A DNA stretch of 64,000 bases, taken from positions 15,128 through 79,127 of the forward strand of contig CAWAPF010000009.1 in NCBI GenBank assembly GCA_963783895.1, written 5' to 3'. Of this stretch, positions 1-8,625 are shown piece by piece (the stretch's first letter is position 1; each line of letters begins with the position of its first letter). The stretch comes from an uncultured Trueperaceae bacterium. Lineage in GTDB: Bacteria; Deinococcota; Deinococci; Deinococcales; Trueperaceae. The translations under genes were made by a program, and so were the position numbers. Under the pieces are notes generated by a model. It made no database searches. It worked only from the letters and a program-made list of their open reading frames with translations, and had not been told where the DNA came from.

Positions 1-1845
1 AACCCGCGCGCGCTGCGCGGCGTGATCGATCGCGCCAAGTCGAACCTGTGGTCACCGCAGCAGCTGGCTACCGAGGGCGAGCAGGCGTTCGGCCGCATCG
101 TCGCCGGCGTGCCGCTGGAGCACGTGGTGGAGGTGTACGAGCGCTACCAGGCACGCCTCGAGCGGGCCAACGCGGTCGACTTCAACGACATCCTGGGCCG
201 CACCGTGGAGCTGTTCGAGGGCCACCCCGACGTGCTCGAGCGCGTTCAACAGCGGGCCGTGTTCATCCACGTCGACGAGTACCAGGACACCAACCAGGCG
301 CAGTACCGCCTCACCCACCTGCTGGCCGATACCTACCGCAACCTGATGGTGGTGGGCGACCCCGACCAGAGCATCTATGCCTTCCGGGGCGCCGACGTGC
401 GCAACATCCTCGACTTCCAGCGCGACTACGAGGACGCCGCGGTGTACCGGCTGGAGCTCAACTACCGCTCTGTGGGCAGCGTGCTCGAAGTCGCCAACGC
501 CGTCATCCTGCACAACCAGGGGCGGCTGGAGAAGAACCTCCGGCCGATCAAGGGCGCGGGCGCCAAGGTACGCCTCTACCGGGCGGCCGACCACCGCGCC
601 GAGGCCGACTTCGTGGCCCGGACCGTGGAGCGGCTGGTCGCCGAGCGCGACCTTCGGTTGGACGACGTCGCGGTGCTCTACCGCACCAACGCCCAGTCGC
701 GCGTGCTGGAGGAGTCCCTGCGGCGCGCCGGGCTGAGCGCGCGGATCGTGGGCGGGGTGGGCTTCTACGAGCGTCGCGAGGTGAAGGACGTGCTGAGCTA
801 TGCGCGCGCCGCGCTCAATGCCTCCGACGACGTCTCCTGGCGACGCATCCTCAACCGGCCCAAGCGCGGCATCGGCAAGACGTCGGAAGACAAGCTGGTG
901 GCGTGGGCGGCCCGCAAGCGCGTTCCCTTCTCCGAAGCGCTCAAGCATGTGGATGACGCGCTCAACGGCACCCCCGCCGTCAAGCGCGTGCAGGACTTTT
1001 TGGAGCTGATGAACGATCTGGCGCGCGAAGCCGAGGAGCTGCCGGCCGCGAACTTCCTCAAGGCGGTGATGGACCAGTCGGGGACCATGCGCGCGTTCAA
1101 GGAGGAGGGTAGCTACGAGGCCCAGGGGCGGCTCGAGAACCTCGAGGAGCTCCTGAACGCCGTAGCGGAGTGGCAGGAGGAGTCCGGCGGCTCCATCGCC
1201 GAGTTCCTGGACGAGGCGTCGCTGATGAGCAGCGTCGACGACCGCGCGGTGGAGGCGGTCAACGGCGAGGTCGAGGACGACGCGGTCACCCTGATGACGC
1301 TCCACAACGCCAAGGGGCTCGAGTTCCCGGTGGTGTTCCTGGTCGGCATGGAGGAGAACCTCATCCCTCACCGCAGCTCGACGGGCAACCTGCAGGAGAT
1401 CGAGGAGGAGCGGCGTCTGCTCTACGTCGGCATCACCCGGGCGCAGGAGGATCTCACCCTGGTCCACTGCGAGGCGCGCATGACCTTCGGTCGCACCGAG
1501 ATCGCGCGCCCGAGCCGCTTCCTGGAGGACATCCCGAACGGCATGCTGCAGGAGGTCGACGTCTTCGGCCAGGAGCTCGCGGACGCGCGCCACCTCGCCA
1601 AGAGCCTGCGGCAGCGCTGGCGGCCGCCCAGCGCCCCCGCTTCCGCCTCTGCCGCGGCGGTCGCCGGCGCGGCAGCCGCCGGACCTAGCTACCGGGGCGG
1701 CGAGAAGGTCCGCCATCCCAAGTTCGGCCTCGGCACCGTGGTCGGGTTGAGCGGCGAGGGCGCGCGCGCCGAGGTGACGGTGGTCTTCGACAGCGCCGGG
1801 GCCAAGCGCCTCCTGGTGAAGTACGCCAACCTCAGCGCGGCCTGA
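1..1845 (+). CDS. pcrA: ATP-dependent DNA helicase, PcrA/UvrD family (C-terminal ~610 aa; 5' end lies outside the window)
   Basis: The reading frame is open from base 1. UvrD-type motifs are present (VDEYQDTNQAQY, LNYRS, VTLMTLHNAKGLEFPVVFL, LLYVGITRA), with a C-terminal Tudor-like tail. Confidence 0.9.
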   Translation, partial: NPRALRGVIDRAKSNLWSPQQLATEGEQAFGRIVAGVPLEHVVEVYERYQARLERANAVDFNDILGRTVELFEGHPDVLERVQQRAVFIHVDEYQDTNQAQYRLTHLLADTYRNLMVVGDPDQSIYAFRGADVRNILDFQRDYEDAAVYRLELNYRSVGSVLEVANAVILHNQGRLEKNLRPIKGAGAKVRLYRAADHRAEADFVARTVERLVAERDLRLDDVAVLYRTNAQSRVLEESLRRAGLSARIVGGVGFYERREVKDVLSYARAALNASDDVSWRRILNRPKRGIGKTSEDKLVAWAARKRVPFSEALKHVDDALNGTPAVKRVQDFLELMNDLAREAEELPAANFLKAVMDQSGTMRAFKEEGSYEAQGRLENLEELLNAVAEWQEESGGSIAEFLDEASLMSSVDDRAVEAVNGEVEDDAVTLMTLHNAKGLEFPVVFLVGMEENLIPHRSSTGNLQEIEEERRLLYVGITRAQEDLTLVHCEARMTFGRTEIARPSRFLEDIPNGMLQEVDVFGQELADARHLAKSLRQRWRPPSAPASASAAAVAGAAAAGPSYRGGEKVRHPKFGLGTVVGLSGEGARAEVTVVFDSAGAKRLLVKYANLSAA

Positions 1846-1919
1846 ACGCACCCGCTTTTCGCCCTCCCCGAGGGCGTTCGCGTGCCGGCTTCATCGCCGA
1901 CCGGGAGCCCTCGCGGCGG

Positions 1920-1928
1920 TGGTATAGT
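1920..1928 (+). promoter_or_regulatory. Extended -10 promoter element TGgTATAGT upstream of minD
   Basis: TG-n-TATAGT lies about 70 nt upstream of the minD GTG. A GAGGAGGAG Shine-Dalgarno sequence sits at 1982-1990. Confidence 0.35.
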
Positions 1929-1998
1929 TCCCCAAGTCCGCGGGAAGACGCGTCGCTTCGGTGCCCCGCCGGGCGCCGGCCGAGGAGGAGCAGCTACT

Positions 1999-2808
1999 GT
2001 GAACGCTAGAGCCATCGTCGTGACGTCCGGCAAGGGCGGCGTCGGCAAGACGACCACGACTGCCAACGTTGGCGCGGCGCTCGCCCGGCAGGGGGAGAAG
2101 GTCTGCGTCATCGACACCGATGTGGGCCTGCGAAACCTCGACGTGGTGATGGGGCTCGAAGGTCGTGTGGTGTTCGATCTGATCGACGTGTTCGAGGGCC
2201 GTTGCCGGCTGCGTCAGGCCCTGGTCCGCGACAAGCGCGTCGACACCCTCCACCTCCTCCCGGCTTCGCAGACCAGCGACAAGAGCGCGCTCTCCGAGTC
2301 ACGCATGCACGAGACGGTCCGCCTGCTCACCGAGGAGGAAGGCTTCGACCGCGTCATCATCGACAGCCCGGCCGGCATCGAGTCCGGCTTCCAGACCGCG
2401 GCCAGCGCCGCGGACGGCGCGTTGGTGGTCGTCAATCCCGAGGTGTCGAGCGTGCGCGACGCCGACCGCATCATCGGGCTCCTCGAGGCGCGCGAGATCA
2501 CCGACATCCGGCTGGTGGTGAACCGGCTGCGGCCCGAGATGGTCAAGCGCGGCGACATGCTCGAGGTCGACGACGTCCTCGAGATCCTCGGGGTCAAGCT
2601 GATCGGTATCGTCCCCGAGGACGAACGCATCCTGGTCTCCACCAACGTCGGCAGCCCGGCCGCCCTCGACGAGGCGAGCCGCAACGGTGCTGGCGGCGCC
2701 TTCCGCGACATCGCCAGCCGCATCCGGGGCGAGGACGTACCGTACGCCCAGCTTCAGGCGCAGGGGAGCTTCTTCACCGGGCTCCGGCGGTTGTTTGGAG
2801 GCAGCTGA
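1999..2808 (+). CDS. minD: Septum site-determining ATPase MinD
   Basis: Deviant Walker A motif (VVTSGKGGVGKTTTTAN). GTG start at 1999 is preceded by an SD. The upstream part of the tracked ORF (1882-1998) is low-complexity. ATGA overlap with minE. Confidence 0.93.
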   Translation: MNARAIVVTSGKGGVGKTTTTANVGAALARQGEKVCVIDTDVGLRNLDVVMGLEGRVVFDLIDVFEGRCRLRQALVRDKRVDTLHLLPASQTSDKSALSESRMHETVRLLTEEEGFDRVIIDSPAGIESGFQTAASAADGALVVVNPEVSSVRDADRIIGLLEAREITDIRLVVNRLRPEMVKRGDMLEVDDVLEILGVKLIGIVPEDERILVSTNVGSPAALDEASRNGAGGAFRDIASRIRGEDVPYAQLQAQGSFFTGLRRLFGGS

Positions 2809-3050
2809 TGTTCGGGCTCTTCGGGCGCAAGCGCAGCAAGGACCACGTCAAGGAACGCCTCAAGCTGGTGCTCTCCTACGATCGGGCCAAGCTCTCGCCC
2901 GGCCGTATGGAGCAGCTCAAACAGGAGCTGATGGGTGTCATCACCAAGTACTTCCCTGCTGCCGAGTCGGATTACGACGTGAAGCTCGAGCAGCACGGCG
3001 ACCGCATGGTGTTCGTCGCCAACCTCCCGCTCTCGCAGGCCGACGCCTAG
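2808..3050 (+). CDS. minE: Cell division topological specificity factor MinE
   Basis: 80 aa beginning MFGLFGRKRSKDHVKERLKLVLSYDR. Its ATG overlaps the minD TGA (ATGA). Confidence 0.9.
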   Translation: MFGLFGRKRSKDHVKERLKLVLSYDRAKLSPGRMEQLKQELMGVITKYFPAAESDYDVKLEQHGDRMVFVANLPLSQADA

Positions 3051-3063
3051 CTCACAGCGGCCT

Positions 3064-3831
3064 TCAGGTCGCGCGTCGCCCGCCCCGGCCCGAAAGCGCG
3101 TACCGCACCCCGGTCGCCACCAGCAACACCGCGAACAGCCACCGCAGGGTGTCGTTGGGAAGCGCCAGCGCCACGCGGCCACCCAGGTAGGCGCCCCCCG
3201 CAACGCCGAAGGCCAGGGCCGGCGCCACACGCAGGTCCACGTGGCCGTGCCGCAGGTGCTGCAGGCTCCCGGCCAGCGCCGCCGGCACCATCACCGCCAG
3301 ACTGGTTCCCTGCGCCGTGTGCTGCCCCACGCCGAACAGCAGCACCAGCAGCGGGACCATCACCGAACCGCCGCCCACCCCGAGCAGCCCTGACACCGCA
3401 CCCGCCAGCAGGCCCGTGCCGAGACCCAGCGGCAGCGCCCAGGCCGCGGCGACAGCGTGGGCCGGCACCAGGGCGTCGAAGGGCAGGCTGGCACCGGTGA
3501 CGATGACGAGGACGCCGAAGACGCGCCGCAGCGCTCGCGCCGGAACGCGCGGGCTCAGACCCGCCGCCAGCGACGAGCCCACGATGGAGGCGACCGCCAG
3601 CGCCAGCGCCAGCCGCACTGCCACCGCGCCTCCGAGGGCGTACGGGATCACGCCGACCAGCCCCGTGAGCACCACCGCCACCAGGCTGGTGCCGTGGGCA
3701 CGATGCTGCGACAGGCCCAGCCAGGCGCCCAGGAGCGGTACCATCACCACGCCGCCCCCGAGCCCCCCGATGCCGCCGAAGATGCCGGCAGCGACGCCGA
3801 TCAGCAGTCCCTGCCACGCCATGCGGGCCAT
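3064..3831 (-). CDS. TauE/SafE (DUF81) family anion exporter, membrane protein
   Basis: Polytopic Gly/Ala/Leu-rich membrane protein with duplicated halves. Start chosen at MARMAWQGLLIG; the upstream ORF extension is not protein-like. Confidence 0.8.
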   Translation of the reverse strand: MARMAWQGLLIGVAAGIFGGIGGLGGGVVMVPLLGAWLGLSQHRAHGTSLVAVVLTGLVGVIPYALGGAVAVRLALALAVASIVGSSLAAGLSPRVPARALRRVFGVLVIVTGASLPFDALVPAHAVAAAWALPLGLGTGLLAGAVSGLLGVGGGSVMVPLLVLLFGVGQHTAQGTSLAVMVPAALAGSLQHLRHGHVDLRVAPALAFGVAGGAYLGGRVALALPNDTLRWLFAVLLVATGVRYALSGRGGRRAT

Positions 3832-3870
3832 CGTACAGCAGGAGCGCATGGTATCGTTGGGGACGTAGCC

Positions 3871-4734
3871 ATGCCCTCCCGAACGATCCTCCTGGTGGAT
3901 ACGGACCCTCTGCAGCGTCAGCTCGTCGACATGCTGCTGGCGGAGGACGCTCCGACGATCGTGAACGCCGGCACGGGGCGTGAGGCGCTCGAATTCCTCA
4001 AGGAGCACACGCCGGACCTGGTGCTCATGGGGATCGAACTCCCCGACATCGGCGGCGACGCGGTGTGTGGCAAGCTCAAGAGCGTCAGCCGCCTCTCTCG
4101 CGTGCCGGTGATCCTCACCCTCGAGCCGCCGGGACGCGCCGGCATCCCGCAGGACGTCCGCGACCGGGCGCGCTCGGTCGGTGCCGACCTGCTGGTCCAG
4201 AAGCCGCTGGGCGACAAGGGGCTGCGCGACCGCGTCCGCCAGCTGCTGGCCCGCTGGGACTCCCCCGGCGCGGCCACCGGCCGTGCCACCAAGAACACCG
4301 GCGTCATCGAGGAGGCGCTCGACGCCCTGAGCGAAACGGACGACGACGACGCGGCGACCACGCCGCGCGATCCCATCACCGACGAGCTCTACCGGGAGAA
4401 CGAAGAGCTCCGGCAGGAGGTGGCCTCGCTCAAGCGCCGGGTGGCGCGGTTCGAGGCCGGCCTATCCGAGCATGACGGCGCCGCCGAGCCGGCACCGGAC
4501 ATCGTGGCAGGATCCGAGCCCGCGACGCCGGCGCAGCCCGCGGCGTCCGACGACCTCGAGGAGCCACCTGCCGGTCGCCCCGGCGACGCGCCGGAGAGCA
4601 CCGTCGAAACGCTGGAGCATCGCGTGCGCGAGCTCGAGCGCCGCAACAAGGCCCTGCGGGCCGCGCTGGAGGAAGCGGAGGCCCGCGGTAAGGAGAACCA
4701 CGGACGCGGGCTCTTCAAGCGGCGCCGATCCTGA
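3871..4734 (+). CDS. Receiver (REC) domain protein with a C-terminal coiled-coil; the acceptor Asp appears to be replaced
   Basis: The sequence TILLVDTDP...DLVLMGIELPDIGG...VPVILTLEP...LLVQKPL matches the CheY-like fold. The C-terminal half is charged and heptad-like. Confidence 0.75.
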   Translation: MPSRTILLVDTDPLQRQLVDMLLAEDAPTIVNAGTGREALEFLKEHTPDLVLMGIELPDIGGDAVCGKLKSVSRLSRVPVILTLEPPGRAGIPQDVRDRARSVGADLLVQKPLGDKGLRDRVRQLLARWDSPGAATGRATKNTGVIEEALDALSETDDDDAATTPRDPITDELYRENEELRQEVASLKRRVARFEAGLSEHDGAAEPAPDIVAGSEPATPAQPAASDDLEEPPAGRPGDAPESTVETLEHRVRELERRNKALRAALEEAEARGKENHGRGLFKRRRS

Positions 4735-4764
4735 GACGCCGACCCTGAGACACCGATCCTGAGA
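4725..4764. repeat. Degenerate 12-14-bp tandem repeat x3 (..ccgaYcctgaga) containing the stop codon of the REC gene
   Basis: Units lie at 4725-4736, 4737-4750 and 4751-4764. TGA triplets at 4732, 4746 and 4760 fall in all three frames. Confidence 0.8.
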
Positions 4765-4807
4765 TGTGAATGCTCGTGCTGAGATGCGGCGCGAACGGCG
4801 CGCGCCC

Positions 4808-5170
4808 CTAGGTGGCGGCGGGCTCGCTCGTCTCGTCGATGTCGGGCAGGTGCGTCAACGCCCAGCCGCGGATCGACTCGATGACGTTCTCGAGCGCCAG
4901 GCCGGGCTCCGTGAGGTCGTAACTGCAACGCGGCGGGGTGACGGAGTGCACGGTCTTGTAGACCAGTCCCAGCGTCTCCAACCGGGACAGGCGCTGCGTC
5001 AGGGTCGTGGGATTGCAGCCCCCCACCTCGCGGCCCAGCTCGTTGAAGCCCTTCGGGCCTCCGAGCAGGGAGTGCACGATATGGAGCACCCACTTCTCTT
5101 GCAGGATCTCGATCGCTTCGCCTGCAGGGCAGCTTCGCACATCGTGTGGGTCGTGGCAGCGCTCGTTCAT
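4808..5170 (-). CDS. HxlR family transcriptional regulator
   Basis: 120 aa winged-helix protein containing ILQEKWVLHIVHSLLGGPKGFNELGREV...TLTQRLSRLETLGLV. Confidence 0.85.
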   Translation of the reverse strand: MNERCHDPHDVRSCPAGEAIEILQEKWVLHIVHSLLGGPKGFNELGREVGGCNPTTLTQRLSRLETLGLVYKTVHSVTPPRCSYDLTEPGLALENVIESIRGWALTHLPDIDETSEPAAT

Positions 5171-5293
5171 GACTACGGTTCGAATCTAGCACGCCCTTCC
5201 GGGCGCCCGACCCCGCCAGCCGACATGCGTCGGACACGTCACGAACGCCGTTCAACGAGGGGACGTACCTCCCTCTCGATCGGCTCGGGCCGG

Positions 5294-5302
5294 TGCTACA
5301 CT
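5294..5302 (+). promoter_or_regulatory. Extended -10 promoter element TGcTACACT upstream of hpf
   Basis: Lies about 52 nt upstream of the ATG at 5355. A GAAGGGAG SD is adjacent to the start. Confidence 0.35.
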
Positions 5303-5354
5303 ACGCACACCAGGCGACCTCGCGACCTCTGGCGAAGGGCCCGAAGGGAGCAAC

Positions 5355-5897
5355 ATGAACATCTACAAACTCATCGGTCGCAATATCGACATCACCGACT
5401 CCATGCGCCAGTACGCCGAGGACAAGCTGCAGAAGCTCGACCGCTTCTCCGACCAGATCGTGGACGCGCGCGTGGTGATGTCCTACGACGGCAAGGGGAC
5501 GGGAGCCAGCGGCGCGAACCCGGCCAAGGTCGAGGTGCAGGTCAACGTCGCCAACGGCATCGTGCGCGCCGAGGAGCGAGGTCAGGACACCTACGCCGCC
5601 ATCGATCTGGTCGTCGACAAGCTCGAACGGCAGCTCAAGAAGTTCAAGGGCCGCTTCATCGCCAAGCGAACCGAGGAGAAGCCGCAGCCCGAGCCCCCGG
5701 AGCCGACCGAGACGGAGCCCGCTATCGTGCGCGTCAAGCGCCACGTGCTCCGGCCGATGGCCCCGGAGGACGCCGCCGTCCAGATGGAGGCGCTGGGCCA
5801 CACCTTCTTCATGTTCCACAACGCCGACACCGACGAGATCAACGTCATCTACTTGCGAAGCGACGGCGACTACGGGCTGATCGAACCCGCCAACTAG
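5355..5897 (+). CDS. hpf: Ribosome hibernation promoting factor, long form
   Basis: Begins MNIYKLIGRNIDITDSMRQYAEDKLQKLDRF. A linker is followed by the C-terminal dimerisation domain (FFMFHNADTDEINVIYLRSDGDYGLIEP). Confidence 0.92.
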   Translation: MNIYKLIGRNIDITDSMRQYAEDKLQKLDRFSDQIVDARVVMSYDGKGTGASGANPAKVEVQVNVANGIVRAEERGQDTYAAIDLVVDKLERQLKKFKGRFIAKRTEEKPQPEPPEPTETEPAIVRVKRHVLRPMAPEDAAVQMEALGHTFFMFHNADTDEINVIYLRSDGDYGLIEPAN

Positions 5898-5930
5898 GAC
5901 GCTCCTGCGCCGCTCGTTCGCGAACCGCGC

Positions 5931-6530
5931 TCAGCGGTTGAGCACCGTTCCGCTGGGGACCGCGTACAGCGCGCGCAGCGTGGCGACATCGCGTTGGGAG
6001 ATGCGGCCGGAGGGCGACGCCGACAGGGCGTCGCCGGCATACGGGCTGCGGCCGATCATGCCCACCGCTTGGCCGAACGCCAGCAGAGCGTAGCGGTAGA
6101 TCTGGTCCGGCTGGAAACGCGGGTCCAGGATGACCTCGGTAGCGTGGAAGCGGTACTGGTTCTGCGCGTTGATGGTGAAGCCGTAGCGGTAGCTCGCGAC
6201 CTTGTCGGTGAGCTGCTGCCAGGTGACCGTGATGGCATCGGGCGTGTCCTGCCCCACCACGACGAAGCTCAGGATGTCCGGCGCAGCCTGCTGCCAGGCC
6301 TTGATGGCACGGAGGACGGCATCGCGCATGGCCTGGCCGTTGCCTTCGGGCGCCGGCGGCACATACACCGCGATGGGCATGTCCTGCGAGAGGTAGTGCA
6401 GCAACCGCGCCTGGCCTCCCGTGCTCGAGGGGTCCGAGGCGATGTCGGAGAGATAGGTCTGGGGGCTCTGCTGGGCCGAAGCCACGGCCAGCGCTACGAA
6501 CGTGAACAGCAGGGCGAGAACTCGCCGCAT
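5931..6530 (-). CDS. Secreted matrixin (M10)-like protein lacking the zinc-binding/catalytic residues
   Basis: Signal peptide MRRVLALLFTFVALAVASAQQ. GGAGGTGA SD lies 5 nt upstream. The motif region reads ALLAFGQAVGMIGRS where HEFGHALGLGHS is expected. C-terminal ISQRDVATLRALY resembles matrixin LSQDDIxGIQxLY. Confidence 0.6.
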   Translation of the reverse strand: MRRVLALLFTFVALAVASAQQSPQTYLSDIASDPSSTGGQARLLHYLSQDMPIAVYVPPAPEGNGQAMRDAVLRAIKAWQQAAPDILSFVVVGQDTPDAITVTWQQLTDKVASYRYGFTINAQNQYRFHATEVILDPRFQPDQIYRYALLAFGQAVGMIGRSPYAGDALSASPSGRISQRDVATLRALYAVPSGTVLNR

Positions 6531-6534
6531 CGCT

Positions 6535-6765
6535 TCACCTCCACCGCGGCGCCTTGCTGCGCCGCGGGAACGCACCCACCGCAACCACTCCGAAGGCGGA
6601 CCCTCCGGCGTGCGCCCGCCACGCAACGGCGGAGGCGCCGGGCTGCACGAGCACGACGTGGGTCGTGGCTTCGACCGACTCGACCAGATACCAGGAGCCG
6701 ATGCACAGCCACGCCGGACACCACAATAGGAAAAAGCGCGGCAACCGGGCGAACAGCGACAACAC
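6535..6765 (-). CDS. Small hypothetical membrane protein (76 aa)
   Basis: GTG start, two hydrophobic segments and high third-position GC. It sits between the hexapeptide transferase and the matrixin-like gene, and its 3' end carries the SD of the next gene. Confidence 0.35.
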   Translation of the reverse strand: MLSLFARLPRFFLLWCPAWLCIGSWYLVESVEATTHVVLVQPGASAVAWRAHAGGSAFGVVAVGAFPRRSKAPRWR

Positions 6766-6839
6766 GAGCCGGGGCAGCGAGCGCCGCAGCCGGGGGTCCG
6801 CAGCGGCAGCGTCGATCGGCGATGCCCGCAGCGCGAGCG

Positions 6840-7514
6840 TCAGCCGCCGCGAGGGGTTGCCTCGACGTCCTCCTGTACCTGCCGCAGCTTGACCAGTCGG
6901 TGCGCCCCCACCACGCCGCGCACCATCGCACCGTTGTAGATGATGGTGCCTTTCCCGACGATGGTGCCGGGCGCGAGCACGGCGTTGCAGCCGATCGACA
7001 CGCCGTCGCCGAGGGCGGCCCCGAACTTCCGAACGCCGATGCCGCGGCCGTCGACCTTGACCTCCTCGCCGGTGGTCTTGAAGTTCGCGAGCTTCACGCC
7101 GGCGCCCAGGTTCACCCCCGAGCCGATGACGCTGTCGCCCACGTAGTTGAAGTGCGGCGCGCGGGCGCCGCCCAGGAGCAGCGAGCGCTTCACCTCCGAG
7201 GCGTGGAGCACCCTCGCGTCCGGGCCAAGCACGACCGGGCCCCGCAGGTACGCGGCATGCCCGATCTGCGCGCCCGGCGCCATGTAGACGGGGCCCTGGA
7301 GGTACGCGTAGGGCCCGATGCTGGCGCCCTCACCCAGGTACAGCGGACCTTCGATGATGGCGGTCGGATGCACGCTTCCCAGCCGCGCGGGGGACAGCTC
7401 GGACGCGAAGGCATCGAGCCGGTCGAGCACCTGCCAGGGCGACGGCACATCGAGCAGCGCGCGCAGCGGCTCGGGAACCCGTGCGAGATCGAACAGCTCC
7501 GCTGTCGTCGGCAT
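6840..7514 (-). CDS. Left-handed beta-helix (hexapeptide repeat) transferase, GlmU C-terminal-like
   Basis: Repeated [LIV]-G-x-x-x-x hexapeptides (IGPYAYLQGPVYMAPGAQIGHAAYLRGPVVLGPDARV..., IGSGVNLGAGVKL). Confidence 0.8.
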   Translation of the reverse strand: MPTTAELFDLARVPEPLRALLDVPSPWQVLDRLDAFASELSPARLGSVHPTAIIEGPLYLGEGASIGPYAYLQGPVYMAPGAQIGHAAYLRGPVVLGPDARVLHASEVKRSLLLGGARAPHFNYVGDSVIGSGVNLGAGVKLANFKTTGEEVKVDGRGIGVRKFGAALGDGVSIGCNAVLAPGTIVGKGTIIYNGAMVRGVVGAHRLVKLRQVQEDVEATPRGG

Positions 7515-7611
7515 GCCCCAGTGTAGCCTCCGGCCACCCCCCGTCCGCGAACGCCGGCCCTGCGGCCCGGCCGTGAAAGCCCGGCGTTCACGCCCGCCGG
7601 TCCCGACGGGA

Positions 7612-7617
7612 TAGAAT
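7612..7617 (+). promoter_or_regulatory. -10-like TAGAAT lying 10 nt upstream of the lipid kinase GTG (possibly a leaderless mRNA)
   Basis: TAGAAT is a 5/6 match to TATAAT. There is no SD between it and the start at 7628. Confidence 0.3.
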
Positions 7618-7627
7618 CGGCGCGGCC

Positions 7628-8497
7628 GTGCTCCATCTGATCTACAACCCCGTCGCCGGGCGAGGCCGGGCGAGCGCCGCTCTGGTGCAGACGCGGGCGT
7701 TCCTGGACGCCCGCTCTGTGCCCTACCGGATCCTGTCGACGGAGGCGCCGCGCCACGCCACGCAGCTCGCCCTGGACACGCCTCCGGACGCGACGGTGGT
7801 GGCCGTAGGCGGCGACGGCACGGCCCACGAGGTGGCCCGCGCCTGCATCGGCTCTGAGCGCACGCTCGGGGTGCTCCCGGTCGGTTCCGGCGACGACTTC
7901 GCCTTCGCGCTGGGCATGCACCGGACCGATCTGGCGGGCGCGTTGGAGCGACTGATCGCCGGCGAGGTCCGCCTCGTCGATACCGGCCGCGTGAACGGCG
8001 AGCCTTTCGTGAACGCCGCCGGCGCGGGCTTCGACGCCGACGTCGCCACCCGGGTCGCCGGCGCGCCGCGCCGCTTGCGGGGGCTGGCGGCCTACCTCTG
8101 GGCCGTCATGACCGCCCTGGGCGCGCTGGACGCGGCACCGGTCGAAGTCCGCGTCGATGGCGAGCGGGTCTACGCAGGCCGCTCGCTGCTCGTGTCCACC
8201 CATCTCGGACCACGTACCGGCGGGAACTTCCTGTTCGCCCCCGACGCGTCGTTGACCGATGGCTTGTTCGAGGTGCTGGTCGCAGGCAACCTGGGCCGTC
8301 TGGGCACACTTGCGCTGCTGCCGCGCGTCATGCGGGGCGCCCACCTGGGCCACCCGGCGGTCCACCAGTTCCGTGGACGTCACGTGGAGCTTCGCTGGGA
8401 GCGCGACCAGCCCGGCCACGCCGAAGGTGAGCCGCTCGCGGCCGCGCGCACGTTCCGCCTCGACATGGTGCCGGCGTCGCTGCGCGTCCTGGCTTGA
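7628..8497 (+). CDS. Diacylglycerol/lipid kinase family protein (YegS/BmrU-like)
   Basis: Begins LIYNPVAGRGRA, with the VAVGGDGTAHEV DAGK catalytic signature and GSGDDFA. Confidence 0.85.
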   Translation: MLHLIYNPVAGRGRASAALVQTRAFLDARSVPYRILSTEAPRHATQLALDTPPDATVVAVGGDGTAHEVARACIGSERTLGVLPVGSGDDFAFALGMHRTDLAGALERLIAGEVRLVDTGRVNGEPFVNAAGAGFDADVATRVAGAPRRLRGLAAYLWAVMTALGALDAAPVEVRVDGERVYAGRSLLVSTHLGPRTGGNFLFAPDASLTDGLFEVLVAGNLGRLGTLALLPRVMRGAHLGHPAVHQFRGRHVELRWERDQPGHAEGEPLAAARTFRLDMVPASLRVLA

Positions 8498-8543
8498 CGC
8501 CGCAGGCCCGCGCGGGCGCGCCGGGCCGACGCGCGCTCCGCGC

Positions 8544-8567
8544 CCACCGTGCCAACCACCGTGCCAA
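8544..8567. repeat. Perfect 12-bp tandem duplication (ccaccgtgccaa x2)
   Basis: Units at 8544-8555 and 8556-8567, in the spacer between the lipid kinase gene and slpA. Confidence 0.85.
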
Positions 8568-8574
8568 CACGAAC

Positions 8575-8598
8575 GGGGCCCCGCTTTCGCGGGGCCCC
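8575..8598. terminator. Bidirectional stem-loop terminator between the convergent lipid kinase and slpA genes
   Basis: GGGGCCCCGC-tttc-GCGGGGCCCC, a 10-bp perfect GC stem. It is followed by gttgttgg on the + strand and gttcgtgttgg on the - strand. Confidence 0.6.
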
Positions 8599-8625
8599 GT
8601 TGTTGGCGTGTCTACGCCGAATGTC

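Noticed and set aside
5177-5186. GGTTCGAATC, which resembles a tRNA T-loop.
   Set aside because: The flanking bases cannot form a T-stem (TACGG versus CTAGC). No acceptor, D or anticodon arms can be drawn. The motif sits in the 5' flank of the hxlR gene. I found no tRNA in the window.
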